DNA of 64,000 nucleotides from Antedon mediterranea (lineage: Eukaryota > Animalia > Echinodermata). Position numbers and translations under genes: made by a program. The stretch covers positions 7,874,001-7,938,000 of the forward strand of contig NC_092672.1 of assembly GCF_964355755.1 (NCBI RefSeq). Direction: 5' to 3'. Positions 27,960-40,200 of this stretch are shown here, one piece after another. Position 1 is the first letter of the stretch. Every line of letters starts with the position of its first letter. The notes below the pieces were generated by a model. That model did not search any database. It was not told where the DNA came from and saw only the letters and a list, made by a program, of their open reading frames with translations.

Positions 27960-28650
27960 CATACTTACCAACCTGAGAGATTTAAAATGCGTGATCGGAC
28001 ACAAAGTATTTACAGCCCCCACCCCCTCGTGGCGACTTGCGACGGAAACAAATTTAGTTCACTGGCACTCCTGGCCGGAAATATTACTCTCGCACGTAAA
28101 ATTCATGATGAATGGCACCTCTTGTATTCCGGTACGGCGGTAAACGATGCAAATATTATTAGATTGTATATTACTCTTTTTTTTGTTAATTCAACGTTTT
28201 TCATGCTGATTCATGAATTTATTTTATTAAAAAACATTTTTTGGAGGGTAAAAATTGAACTGATCCACCAACCAATAGCAAGAAAATTGGGTTTACCTTT
28301 TATAAACGCACACAAAATCATGTCATGTGTAATTGTGATCATGACAAACGTCAAGTGGTTATAGGCCCATCCTCGTCACGGCGAGCGACCACGGACACAG
28401 TAATTGTAACTTTCCCTGATATTACGTATTTTATTGATGTGTCATGATGTAATAATATAAATAGGCCTACTCGTGTAATGTTCTATACTTTTAAAATATA
28501 CCAATTAATTTGAATGCATTTTCCTCTCAAATTGTGTTAAAAAATGATAACGCATCGTATATAGGCCTACTTAGGTTTAAACGCGTGTTTCATTAAAATC
28601 ACTTGAAATGCGGGACCGTCCCGAACGATGCGAGACGGTTGGTAACTATG
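27960..28650. mobile_element. Non-autonomous hAT-like element with 6-bp TSD
   Basis: TIR CATACTTACCAAC / GTTGGTAACTATG; TSD GACCAC at 27954-27959 and 28651-28656. Confidence 0.75.
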
Positions 28651-28871
28651 GACCACATAAATAATTTTAAGTAGCCCTACCATTTGTTTGTTGGAATTAA
28701 TGGTATCGATTAATTACAAAACTATTGCATATTATGTAATACAAACAATACGCATGCATACAAACATAGCGGATTAATACAATTTACAGCTTGCCCAGCT
28801 TGTTTAAATGGACCCGAACTCATGGTGGTTACAAAATGGGGATTTGAATTGAATGTTATTTAACTAAAAAA

Positions 28872-31117
28872 AACACGCTCTCAGGGAAAAATCACAGAAA
28901 TTGCATAACTGTACCTTTAAATTTATTTTTATTGAATGAATTTATTAGTGTTCATCACATAGAACTAAAGTAAAGTCAAACAAGATAAAATCAAGTCTAT
29001 TTAAGCAATTGAATGCTGTACATTTAAATTTATTTTTATTGAATGAAATTATTAGTGTTCATCACATGGAACTAAAGTAAACTCAAACAAGAAAAAATCA
29101 GGTCTATTTAAGCAATTGAATGCTGTTTAATTAAATAAACACGCTCTCAAGGAAAATCACAGAAATTACGTAACTGTACCTTTAAATTAAATTTTATTGA
29201 ATGAAATTATTAGTGTTCATCACATGGAACTAAAGTAAACTTAAACAAGAAAAAATCAGGTCTATTTTAGCAATTGAATGCTGTTTAATTAAAAAACACG
29301 CTCTCAAGAAAAATCACAGAAACTACGTAACTGTACCTTTAAATTTATTTTTATTGAATTAAATTATTAGTGTTCATCACATAGAACTAAAGTAAACTCA
29401 AACAAGAAAAAACCAGGTCTATTTAAGCAATTGAATGCTGTTTAATTAAAAAACACGCTCTCAAGAAAAATCACATAAATTACGTAACTGTACCTTTAAA
29501 TTTATTTTTATTGAATTAAATTATTAGTGTTCATCACATAGAACTAAAGTAAACTCAAACAAGAAAAAACCAGGTCTATTTAAGCAATTGAATGCTGTTT
29601 AATTAACACGCTCTCAAGAAAAATCACATAAATTACATAACTGTACCTTTAAATTTATTTTTATTGAATTAAATTATTAGTGTTCATCACATAGAACTAA
29701 AGTAAACTCGAAAAAGAAAAAATCAGGTCTATGTAAGCAATTGAATGCTGTTTAATTAAAAAACACGCTCTCAAGAAAAATCACATAAATTACGTAACTG
29801 TACCTTTAAATTTTATTTGATTGAATGAAATTATTAGTGTTCATCACATGGAACTAAAGTAAACTCAAACAAGAAAAAATCAGGTCTATTTAAGCAATTG
29901 AATGCTGTTTAATTAAATAAACACGCTCTCAAGAAAAATCACATAAATTACGTAACTGTACCTTTAAATTTATTTTTATTGAATTAAATTATTAGTGTTC
30001 ATCACATAGAACTAAAGTAAACTCAAACAAGAAAAAACCAGGTCTATTTAAGCAATTGAATGCTGTTTAATTAAAAAACACGCTCTCAAGAAAAATCACA
30101 TAAATTACGTAACTGTACCTTTAAATTTATTTTTATTGAATTAAATTATTAGTGTTCATCACATAAAACTAAAGTAAACTCAAACAAGAAAAAACCAGGT
30201 CTATTTAAGCAATTGAATGCTGTTTAATTAAAAAACACGCTCTCAAGAAAAATCACATAAATTACATAACTGTACCTTTAAATTTATTTTTATTGAATTA
30301 AATTATTAGTGTTCATCACATAGAACTAAAGTAAACTCAAAAAAGAAAAAATCAGGTCTATTTTAGCAATTGAATGCTATTTAATTAAAAAAACATGCTC
30401 TTAAGAAAAATCACATAAATTACGTAACTGTACCTTTAAATTTATTTTTATTGAATTAAATTATTAGTGTTCATCACATAGAACTAAAGTAAACTCAAAA
30501 AAAGAAAAAACCAGGTCTATTTAAGCAATTGAATGTGGTTTAATTAAAAAACACGCTCTCAAGAAAAATCACATAAATTACGTAACTGTACCTTTAAATT
30601 TTATTTTATTGAATGAAATTATTAGTGTTCATCACATGGAACTAAAGTAAACTCAAACAAGAAAAAATCAGGTCTATTTAAGCAATTGAATGCTGTTTAA
30701 TTAAATAAACACGCTCTCAAGGAAAATCACATAAATTACGTAACTGTACCTTTAAATTTATTTTTATTGAATTAAATTATTAGTGTTCATCACATAGAAC
30801 TAAAGTAAACTCAAACAAGAAAAAACCAGGTCTATTTAAGCAATAGAATGCTGTTTAATTAAAAAACACGCTCTCAAGAAAAATCACATAAATTACGTAA
30901 CTGTACCTTTAAATTTATTTTTGTATTGAATTAAATTATTAGTGTTCATCACATAGAACTAAAGTAAACTCAAACAAGAAAAAACCAGGTCTATTTAAGC
31001 AATTGAATGCTGTTTAATTAAAAAACACGCTCTCAAGAAAAATCACATAAATTACGTAACTGTACCTTTAAATTTATTTTTATTAAATGAAATTATTAGT
31101 GTTCATCACATGGAACC
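28872..31117. repeat. 157-bp satellite array, about 14 copies
   Basis: Unit ACACGCTCTCAAGAAAAATCACATAAATTACGTAACTGTACC...GAATGCTGTTTAATTAAAAA recurs at a 157-bp period (e.g. 29296, 29453) with high identity. Confidence 0.95.
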
Positions 31118-31199
31118 AAAATATATATAATAATAATTTTTCCTTGATAGTGTGTTATATTAATATTTATAATATGTGAATAAAAGATACTGTACATAA

Positions 31200-34100
31200 A
31201 TTGACCCGATTAAATAATACTGTAGAGTAACAGACAAATATACAACATCTTGCACCTTGATATTTTTGTATCTTTGCAAATTTGTTTTCAACAGATGCTG
31301 CAGTTTGTTAAGGAGCCAACAAGCTATGGAAGACAAAATAATTCAGCTACCATACACTCTAAAAAGAACAAACAAATATTAAATGTCAACCAGGAACTAG
31401 ATTGAGCACCAAAAAACAAAAGTATTATATCAGCCACAGTTTCTCTTAATATCATATAAATAAAACTAAACATTCTTATTCACCAGGTTTTATTGTAGGA
31501 CATTTTGATATTATAAATCCATTTACCTGAAAATGTATTTAAATTTCTTGGGTAAAATCACAAGTCCTTACGGCATTATCAACTGCAAGTCCAATCAAGG
31601 TCAGGAAAGTGTTTTGGTACAGCAGATTTTTATTACCCTATGGTAAAAAGAAAAAAAATCATAAAATATTCTATATAGAAGTCTGCAACATGTATACAAA
31701 TAACACACCTATGCACTTGTTCTGACCAGTATGATGATGATATGAATATTAATTATACCATAATTAATTTTTTTTTTTTTAAAATACAACACGACCAATA
31801 ATTACTTCACAATCTATTTTATAGGTCTAGTAGTAGGTAGTTATAACACTATTTACAGTAAAAGAGATGCTACAATGGTCACATTAATCTTCTATGATAT
31901 AAATAGATATAGTATCTAGTACATTAATATTAAAATTTAACTTATATACATTTTTCTTTCAAGAAACAAGTTAAAATAAATATTAATATTGTTAAACTTT
32001 TTAGTAATCAGTATTTTTACAGTTTTTTACATTGTAAAAATGTATTTATAAATTAAAATGTACATGTATAACATTGATTAATAATTGAATGTTAGCTAGC
32101 ATTTACTTGCTTGCTTCATCCCGCCTAGTAGTACTAGAGTAGTAGTAGTAATGTATAGTAGGCTACCTGCTACTACTAGGGCCAGGCCTATTTTACTATC
32201 TAGGCTTACTACTAGCCTACTGCTACACTCTTCTATTTCTAGCTAGTAGGGCTACACTATAGTATAGGCGTAGCTAGGCCTAGGCCTAGGCTAGGCCCTA
32301 TAGGCTATATAGATAGATCTAGCCTCTACTAGAGAGGCTAGTAGGCTTAACATTAATTAACCAGGCCTAGCCTAGCTAGGCTACAAAAGTTAAAAACTAC
32401 CATGAATGAATTGAAAAGACAGCCTAGCCTAAACGATCCGCCTAGACTAGGTTTCTTCGACGTTAAGTCCTGCCCATCCAAGCCTTCCTCTAGGGGTGTG
32501 TCGAAAGCGAAGACCTCGAAAGCGAAGATCGAAGACCGAAGACCTCGAAAGCGAAGACCCTACGAAATGGTAGTGTGCACAAAATCCGACCAAAATCGAT
32601 GATAACACCTTGAATTTACAGATTCTAAAAAAATATTTTCTTTATCTAGCTATGAACAAGCTCACGTGTTTTCGCTAATGGAGTTAATATGTGATATAGT
32701 TTTACGAACAAACACATCGCGCTATTTGCAAGGCGACGGACACACAAGAAGGACCTCGAATTGAATGCAATATTAAATGTCACTTTTTCCGATAACTTAG
32801 CATTGTAGCACACGTCCCCTACAATTTAAAGCCATAGCCAACTGTATAGAAAAGTATAGAAATAAACTACAGTAAAGTAAATAAATTAAAGTAAGTAAAT
32901 TGTAAGAAGTAAAGGATGGCCATATGCTTATTTAGCCTAATTTTAGAGCCTATAGGCCTAGGCCTATAAAAAGTGTCCGTATCATAGATTTTACACTTGT
33001 TTTTAAAAATGTTATACGTACGCGTGAATACAACTTAGAGATCTTTTTTTTTTTTGCATTTAAATATTATTATGTTGATGTATGTTTATTATCTATAATA
33101 TTTGCCTATTGTCTAAATGTATGAATAAATACAATAAGATATTTATTTTCCTTTAGTTATTCTATATAGGCCTATAGTATTTTAAACTTGTACATTTTCC
33201 CCATTGTAGCCAATACTACAGTATTACTGATTTAATTATTCGCCAGTTTAAAAATGTTTTTCTAATGTATTCATAATGGACAAATAATATTATCAGTATC
33301 GGTTAGTGTGGTTGGCGAAGCGACAGTACTATGTAAAGAAGAAAAATGTAAAATAAATATTTCATTAACCAACGTGAACTACTAAACGAAAACATCCTAC
33401 CGCAACGTATTGTATTGGCGCGCGCGCAACATTAGAAAATACTCTTCTATCTATTTTTGCATCCCCTCTTACAATCGAGAATCATGATGAACGTAAAGCA
33501 GTCGGTGTTGAACACGTCGGTTCCCACTTATGTTGACACGCAAGTTTGTTCTTAAGGCGCACTTTGCGTCGATCTGGAAACTAATTCCAGCTCTTAAAAT
33601 ATTTCCCGGGCCAAATTTGTCAGAATATATTCAAATTATGATTTGACAAGAAGTAAAAAGAACGAACGATATAGGCATCAGCGTTCTGCAAATTTTGGTT
33701 ATAAATCGGTCGTTTCCTGCGACATATCATCTGTTTCACGGCTTCCATAATTCCGAATAATTATGCCATTATGTCAACGTTCACAAAGACAAAAGCCATT
33801 CAAAACAAAGATTGAAATAAAAAATATTCCCTCCAAAATTACAAGTTGCCGATTTTGTTACGGTTGCAATGTGATTAGTGACGATAGTGTGTTCACGTTT
33901 AATTTTTTTTCAATATTAAAACGGGTGTTTATTCATATCGGTATTACGTTTACCGACACTGTCAAAAGATTAGTTTAATGAAGTTCCAGTCCCCCCAACC
34001 ACAATTTTCCTCATCATCAAATAAAAAACTGACTTTTGTTTTCAAGCATTGCCCGTGGTGAATACAAAAAGAGATACTCTCTATAAATCTTTATTAAGTG

Positions 34101-35780
34101 ATGGTGAATGTTTATCGGGCTTAACCACTCTAACCCCCAACCTTCTATCTCACAGGCTTGTGGTTGAGACGACTATTCAACAGTCTCCCGATTTTCAACA
34201 GATTGTCGACGTCCCGCTTCTAAATGTTTGCATCCCTGCCATGACAAAACAAACAACAAAACAAAACATAAAATTTTAATTAAGAAACAGGTTACCGGTT
34301 GTTGACCATTTAAATATAGAATTGACACTAATACAAACAAATCTAACAGAATTATACTATTATAACGGGTTAACGATCAAGAAAAATTTTCAGAGTGTGA
34401 TGTCTATCGTTCGTTCTACAGTATTAGCCTTTTGTCAAATCATAATTTGAATACAGTATTATTTTTTACTTTGACAATACAAAGATATAAAATAAAGTTC
34501 TGTTCACGGTAAGCTATTGGGACGAACTGTCATTGGCCCGGGAAATATTTTAAGAGCTGTAATTGGTTTTCAGATCGACGCAAAGTGCGCCGTAAGAAAA
34601 TAACGTTGCGTGTCATCACAAGTGGAAACCGGTGAGTTCAACAATATTTCTGCTTTATTACGTTCATCATGATTCTCGATCGTAAGAGGGGATGCAAAAT
34701 AGATAGAAGATAGATGGATAGATTTTCTGTTGCGCGCGCCAACGATACGTTGAGGCAGAATTTTTTTGGTTTAGTGGTTCATACGTTGGTTAATGAAATA
34801 TTTATTTTCCTTAAAAGGAAAATAAATATTTCATTAACCAAAAAAAAATTTACATTTTTCTTTACATCATCTGTCGCTTCTCCAACCACACTAAATATTC
34901 TGATACTGATATAGGCCCTATTATTTGTCTATTATGAATACATTAGAAAACATTTTGAAACTGGCGATTAAGTAAAATAGCAATAGTTACAATGGGAAAA
35001 TGTAAAAGTTTAAATACAATACAGGAAAATGAATATCTTATTGTATTTATTCATACATTTAGATAATAAACAATAGGCAAATATTATAGATAAAAAACAC
35101 ATAGCAACATATTTAAATGCAAAAAAGATCTCTGTACCTAACATTTAAAAGCAAGTGTAAAATCTATGATACGGACACTTTTTATAGGCCTATAGGCTCT
35201 AAAATAAACCTAAATACCGGGCCTACCGCCATCCTTTACTTCTTACAATTTACTTACTGTAGTTTATTTCTATACTTATAAACAATTGGCTATGATTTTA
35301 AATTGTTATCGGAACAAGTGACATTTCATGTGCGAGGTCCTTCTTGTGCGTCCGTCGCCTTGCAAATAGCGCGATGTGTTTGTTTGTAAAACTATATCAC
35401 ATATTAACTCCATTGGCGAAAACACGTGAGCTTGTTCATAGATAAAGTCATGATTTTTTTAAATATAACGATTAAAAATGAAATATTTTTTCAGGATCTG
35501 TAAATTCAAGGTGTTATCACGATTTTGTATGATTTTGGTCGGATTTTGTGCACACTACCATTTTGTAGGGTCTTCCCTTTCGAGGTCTTCGGTCTTCGAT
35601 CTTCGCTTTCGAGGTCTTCGCTTTCGACACACCCCTTCCTCTAGTCTAGTACTAGTAGGCCTACCGCCTAGGCCCAGGGCTAGGCACTCACCCATTCCTC
35701 GAAACACACGGCAACAGTTGCTGCTGTCGCGTTCCTCTTCATCACACACACGATACGAAGAAATACTGTAATCAGATTTA
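31200..35780 (-). other. Putative spliced transcript (lncRNA or 49-aa small ORF)
   Basis: GC-rich first exon ending at a GTGAGT donor (exon boundary 35692), internal exon 31637-31527 (CATAG acceptor, GTAAAT donor), last exon starting at 31358 (TTTTTAG acceptor). The first intron is CTAG/AGGCCT-rich as in NADK and PHB2. Both transcript ends are approximate. Confidence 0.35.
32494..35634. mobile_element. Mutator-like foldback element with ~1.1-kb inverted arms
   Basis: Ends GGGTGTGTCGAAAGCGAAGACCTCGAAAG / CTTTCGAGGTCTTCGCTTTCGACACACCC. Direct repeat CTTCCTCTAG at 32484-32493 and 35635-35644 (8 bp if a fourth G belongs to the TIR). Arms about 32494-33680 and 34430-35634 are diverged reverse complements. 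Non-coding spacer. Confidence 0.85.
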
Positions 35781-36799
35781 TATGACGGTTTGCGGGAGTT
35801 ACAAACACAAAAGTAACGCCACTTGACGCGAAATTACAGTGGAAAACAAATACCCACGAACAAATGGTACAAGCAATACCTCAAGAAAAATGCAATATAT
35901 GTAGGGCATATCCTCAGCGACGTGCTGCAGCAAACTGCCTATCAGAAGTTTTGGTTGATGTTTTTGTTGGAAAGTATAAGTTTTCAAAGGGCGCCCTCTC
36001 TGAACAAAATGTATTAATAATGATGATTTATCCCGTGCTCCGATCCGATCCGATATATATATCGATCTTGATGTGGGTTCAATAGCAAAAGGGGTAAGCA
36101 GCTGGTCACATGATGACCATCCACTTAAATTTAAACTCGGCCGTATTTAATTATATATATATATTATTATAATAAAAAATAGTATTTTTTAATTGTTTGT
36201 GCTTTATTTTATCTTTATAAATTATATTTATTTTAATTAAATTTTTAGTTACATGTTTAATGTCTTGTTATGATATATTTGTGTGAGGGTCCCCAATGAT
36301 CAGCTTCGGCTAAATGGACCACCTTATAAAATATTGTTGAAATAAAAAAATAAATGTCTAGAAAACTCAGATAACGCGACATGTTTCGTTTCAATTAAAA
36401 ACTATACACAACAATATGTTTTCATGTCAAATTTATTTAATTAGTCACCTATCAATCAGTTAAGCACCAACAGTTAAATTCTCTTTCATAATTAGAATCT
36501 TAGCAACACCCTCACATACACATTTTACCATGTAGGCCTAAAGCAAATTCATGCTTCATTCAGAACAAATATAAAATTAGTAATATTCTTTAATTCCGAT
36601 CCAAGTTTATATTTTTGAATACTTCTGTATTATCATTTAATATATTGGTTTTCAGGGGTACAATAAGTAAATCTGTATTAAAAGTCCTGTCCATTAATGT
36701 GTAAAACCAGAGAGTCCATGACGCAATGTAAAATTTAAAATTTCTTCCATAACTACATATACATAGCATGCATTACATTACCATATATATTTCCCCTCA

Positions 36800-37006
36800 A
36801 GCGTGGTTCCCACTAGGACGCAACAAAACGACGTACCGACGCAAAGTGCTGTATTGCGTAATCACAAGTGGAAACCAACGATGTAACAGTGCTGCAAACA
36901 TTGCAGGTTTGATTCCACGCAAGCAGGGGCAAACACAATTATTGGAAGGGCATTTTCTTACGTTGCGTCGTTTGCAGTACGTTGCGTCGCTAGTGGGAAC
37001 CACGCT
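36800..37006. mobile_element. PIF/Harbinger-type MITE family A (TIR AGC(T/G)TGGTTCCCACTAG), in the probable PHB2 3' UTR
   Basis: AGCGTGGTTCCCACTAG ... CTAGTGGGAACCACGCT followed by TAA; ACGCAAC subrepeats. Confidence 0.85.
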
Positions 37007-37213
37007 TAACATACTGTGCAAGAATATCAATTGTCATTGATTTTCAATGAATTTTTTCACTTTACCTGTAGGTATACAGATTTCAAAGAGTGACAATAAT
37101 TATAAAATTCAAACATGGTACTTAACTGTGTTTCTAATATTTCAAAATTGACATTATTTTAACAACAATCTGTTATATGTATTTCGATGTAAACAATTCT
37201 ATTTATAAATGCC

Positions 37214-40200
37214 TTATTTTTTCTTTTCAATTCTTTTTACTGAATCATCAAACTCTTTGTCAATGACATTCAGCATGAGGCTGCCAGCATTCAAGTATAC
37301 ACGATTCTGAGAAGCTGCAACCTGTGGAAACAGTATTAAATATTACAGTATTAGTAATCATTGAAGAGAGTGTGTATGTTTGTCGGGAATAGAAATGTTA
37401 CTGCTGCACACATCCATACAAACACACACACACAGGGTATCGTAATGACCAAAATTGTACTTGGAAGGTTGTAAATTACATTTGAACTACCCATAGGAGG
37501 TGGTTTGGGCTGGTAATTACACTTGTAAGCTATTAATACAATACAACTCCTCCCTCCAGGGAATACCCACCATTTAAGGGACACTTTCCTTTGAAACCAA
37601 CAATATAGTATTTATATTAAAAGGACACTTCCCTTTGAAACCAACAAGGGGATTTTTTTCATTTCTTTATTCGAATTCATAAAATAACACAACATAAAAA
37701 AAAAAAATACAAAGAATGAATTCAGGGTAACACAAAAAAGTAACCAAAGGTCAAACTTATTTCCATTGTGGCCCTTAGTGAAATATATTATTCTTAAATA
37801 CTACGACAAAGTTTTAGCAGAAGACACCATCTTTAAAAAGACACTATTCTGTAAACTAACGAGGGGACAAATAATATGTTTTTAACACCATTTAGTATTC
37901 AGCTTCTCATAAATTACAGTTTTTCCCAAACAAATCCCAAAAAAAACTTACAGTTCTTGCAATATTTTGAGCAGCACGGATCTTCCTCAGCTTCAAGTAT
38001 CCAGGGTTTTGAGAAATGGCCTCTCCCAGGTACAAATCAATGTTAAGGTTAACAAAAGAAATTACAGAATAGATATGTACTCAAAACAATGGGAAGCTCT
38101 AAAAAGACTATGATCATAGTGCTTATTAGTCACATTCATTTAGACTAGACAAAAAGTAGTTAGCCCTCTAGCGGTCATTTGTGATTTCTGAGATTCATCG
38201 AAGCGCGACAACATCACCGGAAATGATGTGAATTTAAAATTTTTATAGGGTTAAACTCTTTTAACCAATTGAAAGCCTTAATTTATAGTTCCTTATGAAT
38301 AATTCATGAGAATAATTAAAGCAAGGGTTGAAGAAGCATGTGACTTGGTTTTTGGAACAGGATAGCAGTTATGATTGTGTAAGGTAATCATTGAATTTGC
38401 TCTTCTTTTTGTTAGATTTTATACGGTTTTTATCAATAATAATATTGTACATTTTTACGAGACCATAAAAAAATTCCTCAATTTTTGAGTAAACGAGTGA
38501 CTAAATAAAAAGTTACTATGTAATGTAATTATTCGTTTGACAAAAAATGGGCATGTTGATATTTTCAGGTATTTTTTAAATGGCGATTGAAATAGGTAAA
38601 CAAATCACATGTATGACAGTGGTTTGTGCGAAGCTGGGCCTAGCCTTGATGGTCCAACGCGTACTGCGTGTTAATCAATGCGTATAGATATAAACGTAGT
38701 CGTTTAGGCCAATTTTTTACATGTTTATTTATTAATATTAGGCCCCATTCTCATTTATTTTAATTAATGTACTGAATGTACCACACTTTACAATTCTATA
38801 TAAATTAGATTTTGTACTTGTATTAAATTCAAACGTTTTATGGGATTTAAAACATTAAGCTAGGCCTAGTAGTAGGCCTAAGACCACAGGCTAGGTTTTT
38901 CAGCCCATCTTTCAAATACATATTTAAATTAACATACTTTTTATATTTCTATATTTTGTATAGGATCTGACTCCAGAAAACATTTGCATCACTTGAAAGC
39001 GGCTATTTATGGACAGCATGTTGACATTCAAGAAAATTTGACCAGCTCTTATTAATTAAATGTCTTTTAAATTAAAGGTTTTCATTATAAAGAAATGTAC
39101 GGTGACAGAAATTTAAATGATTCTCATAATTGAGGTTCTCATAGATATATTGAAGGTAAATAAATAAAGGTGTTTGTTATTCTTGCCTTTAGAAATAAAC
39201 ATGTTGTTAGTACTATATTATTAGGCCTAGGCCATGGCCATTATACAAATTAAAACTAACAAAATACAGTAATCATATTTAAGGCCTACGCAGCAGTACC
39301 TTATTTGATTTTATTTTTTTCAAATATTTAATTGATGAACTAAATGAGTTTGACTTTTCAATTAGTTGCCATTTTATTATTAGTTTCTGAGTGTTTTTAT
39401 TTATATTCTTAAAATAATTGTATACAACAACTTTAAAGTATTGCGAAGAAGTGATCAAATTATAGTATTTGTATTTTATTGTCGCTTAAAATTATGGAGT
39501 TAAAGTATTTTATTTTAGGGCGACAGAAACGGTTAGGCAAGAAAAGAAATAAATTTGGGAATTTTTTTATGCGGTAAAAACAATTAAACATAATCTACCC
39601 CTAATGCATGTAAATGTAGAAAACATTGCTTATGTTAGCGCGACCGAAACTCGCTACTGGGAATAGAGCCTGCAAAAGCGACGCGTGCACACCTACTCGG
39701 GCACCAGCGGAGCGCGATCGATAGTAAATATACCCGACTTCAAATGATCATAAAATTCTTTTAAAAAATATCAACATTTTGATTTTTTGAGGATTAAAAG
39801 TAAAGATATTGAAATTTAACATAATATTTACAAATATGTATTTAAAAATTCGGAAACAATTTTAGCGTGATATTAAAACTAACGTTTTAGAGTTCCGCGA
39901 TTTCCTACGCAGGATTTGTTTGTTTTCATTGTTAATGGGCGAATGTTACCTAAACTAGAATCGTTATAAATCTTTTAAATTTGTATTATAAGTAATTTCT
40001 TTAGTATTCTTAGTAACATCGAATGTCTCAAATTAACTAGCAGTTATTTATACTAACTATTGTTCAATAATAAGCGTGTATGAAGTGAAAATCTATAGTA
40101 ATAATGTTCTTAGTCAGTTCGTCTCGCTCGCGTGAAGTCTTCGGGTTTCTCAATAAAATTCTCAGCGGTTTGATAGGCTCGCGCTAATGTTTAAATCAAA

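Noticed and set aside
27789-28364. 191-aa ORF as a gene or transposase
   Set aside because: It overlaps a TIR/TSD-bounded non-autonomous element, starts at a non-ATG codon and has no recognisable motif.
28872-31117. CRISPR-like appearance of regular repeats (also 20452-20858 and 58210-59040)
   Set aside because: Units are contiguous tandem copies with no unique spacers, no cas genes, and the context is eukaryotic.
31380-31512. H/ACA snoRNA in the intron of the putative small transcript
   Set aside because: The first hairpin, AGAGAA and ACA boxes are present, but the second hairpin pairs poorly, spacing is off and no target was found; likely chance in AT-rich DNA.
37350-37530. GU-rich hairpin in the last PHB2 intron as a scaRNA
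   Set aside because: No convincing C/D or H/ACA box set; the pairing is explained by a TG/CA microsatellite.
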